Shown here: positions 58,754 to 64,000 of the stretch, piece by piece
How positions within the stretch are numbered: position 1 is the stretch's first letter
Layout: every line of letters begins with the position of its first letter
From: Pirellulales bacterium
Lineage (GTDB): Bacteria > Planctomycetota > Planctomycetia > Pirellulales > PALSA-1355
Assembly (NCBI GenBank): GCA_963733035.1
Contig: CAVTBU010000005.1
Coordinates: 192,001-256,000 of the forward strand
Length of the DNA stretch: 64,000 nucleotides
Reading direction: 5' to 3'
The notes under the pieces: generated by a model
Told to the model about the DNA's origin: nothing
The model's input: only the letters and a program-made list of their open reading frames with translations
The model's database searches: none
Program-made: the position numbers and the translations under genes

Positions 58754-60246
58754 TTCGGCCCGTCCACGCCCAAGGCACAACTGAGAATGGTCTCGGAGTT
58801 CCAGTCTTTCGCCGCGCGAATCTCGCGCAGCTCTCCCCGGGCCATCACGCCGACGCGATCACACACCGCTAGCAATTCAGTAAAATACGAGCTGACGAAG
58901 ATCACGGCCTTGCCCTCGGCAGCCAGCGATGCCATCAAGCGGTAGATCTCCGATTTCGTGCCGACGTCGATGCCTCGCGTCGGCTCGTCGAGCAACAAGA
59001 CGTCGGCGTCCTGGTGCAGCACGCGAGCCAACGCCACCTTTTGCTGATTGCCGCCTGAAAGTTGTTCGACAAGTTGCTCGCTCGAGCGTGCCTTGACATT
59101 GAGCCGTTCCATCCAGTGCTCCACAACTCCTCTGCGACGCCGCAAGTTGAGCCAGCCAAAGCGACTGTAGGGTGACAGCCGGCTGTAGGTCACATTGTCG
59201 GCAATTGTCTCTCGTTGCGCGAGTCCTTCCGCCTTGCGATCTTCCGAGACGAGACCCAACCCGGCACGAATCCGCGCCCTCGGAGTCGACCGTGAAAGCA
59301 GCGCTCCGACGCGCACCCGGCCGTGCCGAACCGGATCGAGTCCCATCAGGCAGCGCAGCAGCTCGGTGCGCCCCGACCCCACGAGTCCGGCCAGCCCGAG
59401 GATTTCGCCGCGACGCAATTCCAACGAAGCGTCGCGCGGTGCGAGTCTTCCGCTCAATCGTTCGAGCGACAATAGCACGTCGCCGGCCGAATGTGGCACG
59501 GTGGGAAACAATTCGTCCACTTTCCGTCCGACCATGAGCGAGACAATGTCCGCCTCGCTGGCGCCGGCGAGCGTTCCGCTGCCGGCCACGGTACCGTCGC
59601 GCAACACGACGAACCGATCGGCAATACGGCGGATCTCCTCGAGAAAGTGGCTGATGTAAATGATGGCGATGCCCGATTGCTGCAGCCGTTCGATGGCCCG
59701 AAAGAGATTCTCCACGTCGTGCTGCGTGAGCGAACTGGTGGGCTCGTCGAACACGATCACCTTGGCATCGATCACCAGCGCCCGGGCGATCTCCACAACC
59801 TGCTGATCGGCAATCGAGAGTTGGCTTACCGGCACGTCGAGAGGCAGATCGGCCCGATCGAGTTGCTTGAGCGCTGCCAGAACTTTTGCACGATGCTCGC
59901 TTTGCTTCACCAGGCCGAAACGGCTCACTTCCTGGCCAAGCATCACGTTTTCGACCACGTTCAGGTCACCGGCCAGATTCAGCTCTTGATAAATCATGGC
60001 CACTCCAGCCAGACGCGCCGCGTGCGGGCCCCTTGGTGCATAGTGGCGACCGGCCAATTCCATGCGGCCTCGATCGGGACTGACGGCGCCGCTGAGAATC
60101 TTCATGAGCGTGCTCTTGCCGGCACCGTTTTCGCCAATCAGCGCTAACACTTCCCCCCCACCAGCGTCCAGGGAGACGTCGGACAGCGCCCGGGTGGCAC
60201 CAAAGTTTTTGCTCACCTCCGACATTCGCAACAGCGCCACGGCCAT
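58750..60246 (-). CDS. Sugar ABC transporter ATP-binding protein (RbsA-like, tandem NBDs)
   Basis: [38 protein letters not shown]. Confidence 0.96.
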   Translation of the reverse strand: MAVALLRMSEVSKNFGATRALSDVSLDAGGGEVLALIGENGAGKSTLMKILSGAVSPDRGRMELAGRHYAPRGPHAARLAGVAMIYQELNLAGDLNVVENVMLGQEVSRFGLVKQSEHRAKVLAALKQLDRADLPLDVPVSQLSIADQQVVEIARALVIDAKVIVFDEPTSSLTQHDVENLFRAIERLQQSGIAIIYISHFLEEIRRIADRFVVLRDGTVAGSGTLAGASEADIVSLMVGRKVDELFPTVPHSAGDVLLSLERLSGRLAPRDASLELRRGEILGLAGLVGSGRTELLRCLMGLDPVRHGRVRVGALLSRSTPRARIRAGLGLVSEDRKAEGLAQRETIADNVTYSRLSPYSRFGWLNLRRRRGVVEHWMERLNVKARSSEQLVEQLSGGNQQKVALARVLHQDADVLLLDEPTRGIDVGTKSEIYRLMASLAAEGKAVIFVSSYFTELLAVCDRVGVMARGELREIRAAKDWNSETILSCALGVDGPK

Positions 60247-60260
60247 GGACAGGGAAGCCG

Positions 60261-61262
60261 TCAGTCGGCTTGTTGGGGGTTGAGCAACTTTTGAATCTCG
60301 GGCCTATCCATGTTCTCGGGCGTGGCCAGGGCTTCGCCCGTCGGAATCCGCTTCTCGACCTGCTTGCCGTGCAGATGTTCGACAACCGCCTTCACCCCCA
60401 GATAGCCCATTGCCACCGGATCTTGCAGCACGAGGCCGTGGATCTTCTTCTCGCGCATCGCTTCGATCAGATGCGGGCTCGGATCAAACCCGACAAAGAC
60501 CACCTTGCCGGCTAGCCCCTCCTGTTCGAGTGCGCCGAGCGCGCCGACGGTATCGGGCTCGCAAACAGCAAAAAACGCATCCATCCGGTCGCCGAACTGA
60601 TTGCAGAGCTCCAGGGCCTTATTTTGTGCCGAGAGAGCGGTGGTGCCCGAGTATTGATCGTCGGAGAGCATGACGATATCGGGAAACTCTTTCTCGATCG
60701 TATCGAGAAAGCCCTGTTCACGCTGTTCGGTACTTTCGCTGCCAACGTTATACCGGAGCAGGATGGCGTTGCCTTTGCCACTGAGGCGCTTGCCGATTTC
60801 GCGAGCGGCTAGCACGCCACCGTTGTAGTTGTCGGTGGCGACGTAGCTGACGATCGCCGATTCGTCGGCAAGCCCGCTGTCGAAGATAACCGTGGGAATG
60901 CCGGCGGCCTGGGCATCGCGCACCGAAGGAATCAAGGCCATCGAGTCCAGCGGCGCGAGCACGATGCCGTCGACTCCCTGAGCCACGAAATCCGCAATGA
61001 CGTTGATCTGGCCCTCGCGGTCGTTCTCAAGCAGTGCCCCTTTCCAGTGGATCTCGACAGGAATGCCGGCATCGGAAAACTCCTGCGCGGCCTGCAGTGC
61101 CCCGGCATGCACGGATTTCCAGAAAACGTGGGTGGTGCCCTTGGGAATGACGGCGATGCGATAGCCCGGCGCGGCGTCTCCGACTCTGCCGGCATCGCCC
61201 CTGGAGTTGCACCCGCTGCATGCCAGGCAGACAAGCGAGGCAACCAACACAAAGTGCTGCAT
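60261..61262 (-). CDS. Sugar ABC transporter substrate-binding lipoprotein
   Basis: Lipobox-like LACSGC, IAVIPKGTTHVFWKSVHAGA, VDGIVLAP, YVATDNY.GG, VGFD. Confidence 0.93.
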   Translation of the reverse strand: MQHFVLVASLVCLACSGCNSRGDAGRVGDAAPGYRIAVIPKGTTHVFWKSVHAGALQAAQEFSDAGIPVEIHWKGALLENDREGQINVIADFVAQGVDGIVLAPLDSMALIPSVRDAQAAGIPTVIFDSGLADESAIVSYVATDNYNGGVLAAREIGKRLSGKGNAILLRYNVGSESTEQREQGFLDTIEKEFPDIVMLSDDQYSGTTALSAQNKALELCNQFGDRMDAFFAVCEPDTVGALGALEQEGLAGKVVFVGFDPSPHLIEAMREKKIHGLVLQDPVAMGYLGVKAVVEHLHGKQVEKRIPTGEALATPENMDRPEIQKLLNPQQAD

Positions 61263-61340
61263 GCGAGAATCCCCCGTCACGGATCGTGGCACGAACTGTC
61301 CCGAGATGGCCATACCGCGGGACGACGCTGAAAATGGTTG

Positions 61341-62462
61341 TCAGGTTCGGCGTTGTCCATTGCCGCGCGAACCGCGACCGCCCCTACCCCGCCCGCGTCC
61401 GCCGCGCGGCGGAGCGGATTTGGGATTCTTGGCCCGTGCGTCCATATTCACCGCGATGATATGACCGATGGCGTCGTCCCAAGAGGGGATCGCCCGATGG
61501 CTGTTCTTGTCGTTCGCGCCGGCCGAAGATTCGTCGTCACTCTCACTCTCACTCTCGCCAGCCGACACGCCGACCAGTTCCTGCTCTTGTTCGTCTTCGA
61601 TGGCTCCTAATGCATCACTCTCGCCTTCCGCCTCGTCGACGTCGGACAACTCGGCAGTTTCTCTCTTACGTCCCCGGCCCGAACCCCGACGACGGCGGCG
61701 GCGGCGTTTGCGGTCGCGCAGTTCAGCGTCCGATTCCTCGGCCGTCTCGGCGGCCGCGCTCTCGGACGACGACTCCAAGTCGTCAAAGGTGTCGATGTCG
61801 GCCAGCGGATCGACGTCCAGTTCAGGTGGCACAAGCGGCATTTCTTCCGCGTCGTCGGAGAGCCCTTCCCGCTGGCTTACATCCGATTCAGAAGTCTCTG
61901 AAGATTCGCGGTCTCGATCACGACGCGAGCGGCGGCCCCCGCGGCGGCGGCGACGGCGGCGGCGGCCAGGGCGTTCCTCCCCCTCTTCGCCTTGTTCGGC
62001 CCGTTCGGAGTCGGTCGATTCGATCAATTCGGTATCGACAACTCCCTCCTCGACGTAGGCGTCTTCCACTTCGCCTTCCACGTTGGCCGCTATGGTTTCA
62101 GTTTCATCCGCCCACGCTTCTATCTCGTGGACGACTTCGATTTCCGCCGATTCAAACTCCTTGCTACGCGGAGGCTCCGACTTGACGGTGCCTGAGCGCG
62201 GCGCGGGAATGGTCTTGGCCGCCGATTCTGATGGTCGCGGCGCGGCACGCGTGGGTGGTTCGATTGGTTCGATGCCCAGTTCATTTGCAAGCTGCGACCA
62301 GTCGGCGGCTGGACGAGAAGGAGCCGGTTTTTTTGCATGCGGTGCCACAGGACGCGGCGGAGGCGGGCTCGGAGCCGACGGTTTCTGCTCGGCAACGGGT
62401 TCGGCCGGAACGTCCGCTCCAAGCGACGACGCCAGGGAGTTCCAATGTTCGGAGCTGCTCAT
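61341..62462 (-). CDS. Intrinsically disordered protein with acidic and poly-Arg blocks and RGG tail
   Basis: Long ORF. Repeated WxxLAxxLG helices, Pro-rich linker, E/D-rich tracts, two poly-Arg runs, AIPSWDDAIG helix and C-terminal RGGRGRGRGGRG. Confidence 0.8.
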   Translation of the reverse strand: MSSSEHWNSLASSLGADVPAEPVAEQKPSAPSPPPPRPVAPHAKKPAPSRPAADWSQLANELGIEPIEPPTRAAPRPSESAAKTIPAPRSGTVKSEPPRSKEFESAEIEVVHEIEAWADETETIAANVEGEVEDAYVEEGVVDTELIESTDSERAEQGEEGEERPGRRRRRRRRGGRRSRRDRDRESSETSESDVSQREGLSDDAEEMPLVPPELDVDPLADIDTFDDLESSSESAAAETAEESDAELRDRKRRRRRRRGSGRGRKRETAELSDVDEAEGESDALGAIEDEQEQELVGVSAGESESESDDESSAGANDKNSHRAIPSWDDAIGHIIAVNMDARAKNPKSAPPRGGRGRGRGGRGSRGNGQRRT

Positions 62463-62685
62463 AAACTTTCGCAAAGATGAAGGGTTCGGTTGGCAGAACG
62501 GCCCGTCGCCAAGCCGCTGGCGGCGCCCAGATTCTTCAGTATAAAGCTTAGTCCGAAGGCTGGAAAGCCATGGCCAGGACCAGAAAAACGTCTCTGGTTT
62601 GGTCTGTCCAGCAGTCGCCTCCTACAATTCCCCAGGGCTCGGCATTCGATCGAGCACGCTTCGCTCACCAATTCCGCAAGGTGCC

Positions 62686-63960
62686 ATGATGGCCGTCAAG
62701 CGACCAGCCGCAGACCAAGCGACCCTCGAGTTTGTCGAAGAAGTCCAGATCTCGGGTCACATTATCGACAGTCTGATCCTGCCAAAAGTGCTCGATCTGA
62801 TCACGGCGGCCGGCGGCAACTTTCAGATGAAGAAAATCACGATCGGCCAAGGACGGCACGATCCGAGCTTCGCGGTGATCGAAGTGAGCGCGCCCAGCGC
62901 CGAATTGTTGTCCGACATTCTGGGGCAGATCTACGATCACGGCGCCGTCCCCACAGCGCAACAGGACTGCCAGCTCGTCGCGGCCGACATGGACGGTGCC
63001 TTTCCGGAAGGGTTCTACAGTTCCACCAATCAGCGCACCGAAGTTCGCATCGGCGGACAATGGGTCGAAGTCGCCGACCAGGAAATGGACTGCGGCGTCA
63101 AGGTCGACCCGAGCGAACCATCTGCTCGATGCATACCGATGTGCGAGGTGAAGACCGGCACACAGTGGGTGGTCGGTCACGGCGGCGTGCGTGTCTTTCC
63201 ACCCGAGCGCTCGACTGAACGGCAAAGCTTCGAGTTCATGTCCAGCGGTGTGTCGACGGAAAAACCCAAGGGCGTTGCCATTCGCCAGATTGCGCAAGAG
63301 CTTTACAAGGGCCGCAAGCAAGGCGACAAGAGTCTATTTGTCGGAGGGCCAGCGATCGTTCATACCGGCAGCGACGAGCACCTTTGTCGATTAATCCGCG
63401 GTGGCTACGTCGACCTACTGTTTGCGGGCAACGCATTGGCCACGCACGATATCGAACAGGCTTTGTTCGGCACCAGTCTGGGCGTGCACCTGGATCGCGG
63501 CGACGTCGTCGAGGCCGGCCACGAACACCACTTGCGGGCCATAAACCGCATTCGACGCGCCGGAGGCATTCGCCAGGCCGTGGCCACGGGGCTGCTCACC
63601 TCGGGCATCATGTATGAATGCGTGCAACACGACGTCGACTTTCTGCTCGCCGGCAGCATCCGCGACGATGGCCCACTGCCCGAAGTAATCACGGACGTGC
63701 TCGATGCTCAAACGCAAATGCGGCAGAAGGTGCGCGGCGTGACTTTCTGCCTGATGATCGCCACGACGTTGCATTCGATCGCCGTGGGCAATCTGCTGCC
63801 AGCCTGGGTCAAAGTGGTGTGCGTCGACATCAACCCGTCGACGGTGATCAAGCTGAGCGACCGCGGCTCGTTTCAAACCGTCGGGCTAGTGACCGATGTG
63901 GAGCCCTTCTTGCGGGCCCTGGTCTTGGAACTCGAGTCCTTGGAGCGGGGCGCGTCATGA
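62686..63960 (+). CDS. TIGR00300 family protein (ornithine cyclodeaminase-type, homologous to ArgZ/AgrE C-terminal part)
   Basis: GHIIDS, PEGFYSSTN, EMDC, FEFMSS.VS.EKPK, AGNALATHDIE, AGSIRDDGPLP, LHSIAVGN, VDINP. Confidence 0.92.
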   Translation: MMAVKRPAADQATLEFVEEVQISGHIIDSLILPKVLDLITAAGGNFQMKKITIGQGRHDPSFAVIEVSAPSAELLSDILGQIYDHGAVPTAQQDCQLVAADMDGAFPEGFYSSTNQRTEVRIGGQWVEVADQEMDCGVKVDPSEPSARCIPMCEVKTGTQWVVGHGGVRVFPPERSTERQSFEFMSSGVSTEKPKGVAIRQIAQELYKGRKQGDKSLFVGGPAIVHTGSDEHLCRLIRGGYVDLLFAGNALATHDIEQALFGTSLGVHLDRGDVVEAGHEHHLRAINRIRRAGGIRQAVATGLLTSGIMYECVQHDVDFLLAGSIRDDGPLPEVITDVLDAQTQMRQKVRGVTFCLMIATTLHSIAVGNLLPAWVKVVCVDINPSTVIKLSDRGSFQTVGLVTDVEPFLRALVLELESLERGAS

Positions 63961-64000
63961 ACTCGTCGCCGAACCATTCCCAGCCCGAGCGTGGTTCCAA
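63957..64000 (+). CDS. Start of a translationally coupled downstream gene (truncated)
   Basis: ATGA overlap with the TIGR00300 stop. Open to the window end (MNSSPNHSQPERGS). Confidence 0.5.
   Translation, partial: MNSSPNHSQPERGS

Noticed and set aside
61690..61970. (CGG)n trinucleotide runs as contingency repeats
   Set aside because: They are in-frame codons for the poly-Arg blocks and are interrupted by synonymous codons.
1..64000. tRNA, rRNA, tmRNA, RNase P, SRP RNA, CRISPR arrays, integrases/transposases
   Set aside because: I saw no diagnostic motifs, regularly spaced repeats or mobile-element ORFs by eye. A covariance-model scan was not possible.

Overview
A 64 kb, GC-rich, gene-dense chromosomal segment, almost certainly from a planctomycete (Pirellulales-like). 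The evidence is two DUF1501 genes, two sulfatases, an FGE/SUMF1 protein, a PmoA/DUF6807 protein, a BlaI/M56 pair, an 'FSLRxLL' small membrane protein and many secreted hypotheticals. It holds about 50 CDSs. Housekeeping genes include leuS, glgC and ogt. Secreted carbohydrate/sulfate-ester enzymes include GH5, CE15-like, beta-helix and sulfatase proteins. There is also a FadL-type porin divergent from a P450-TetR operon, two ABC systems, a group II PLP decarboxylase and a TIGR00300 protein. I saw no rRNA, tRNA, CRISPR array, integrase or transposase. Two genes have -1 frameshifts in the same GCGCCG context, probably sequencing errors. The best leads are: (1) a stand-alone disordered protein with short helices, acidic/poly-Arg blocks and an RGG tail, a candidate condensate or polar scaffold; (2) a Tat-type cupin with PCO/ADO-like thiol-dioxygenase motifs; (3) a degenerate RsbW-like/GNAT fusion divergent from a CoA-transferase; (4) a Tat protein with four His-containing helical repeats; (5) two structured intergenic regions; (6) readable TetR and BlaI operators. 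All family calls come from motif recognition by eye, not database searches.
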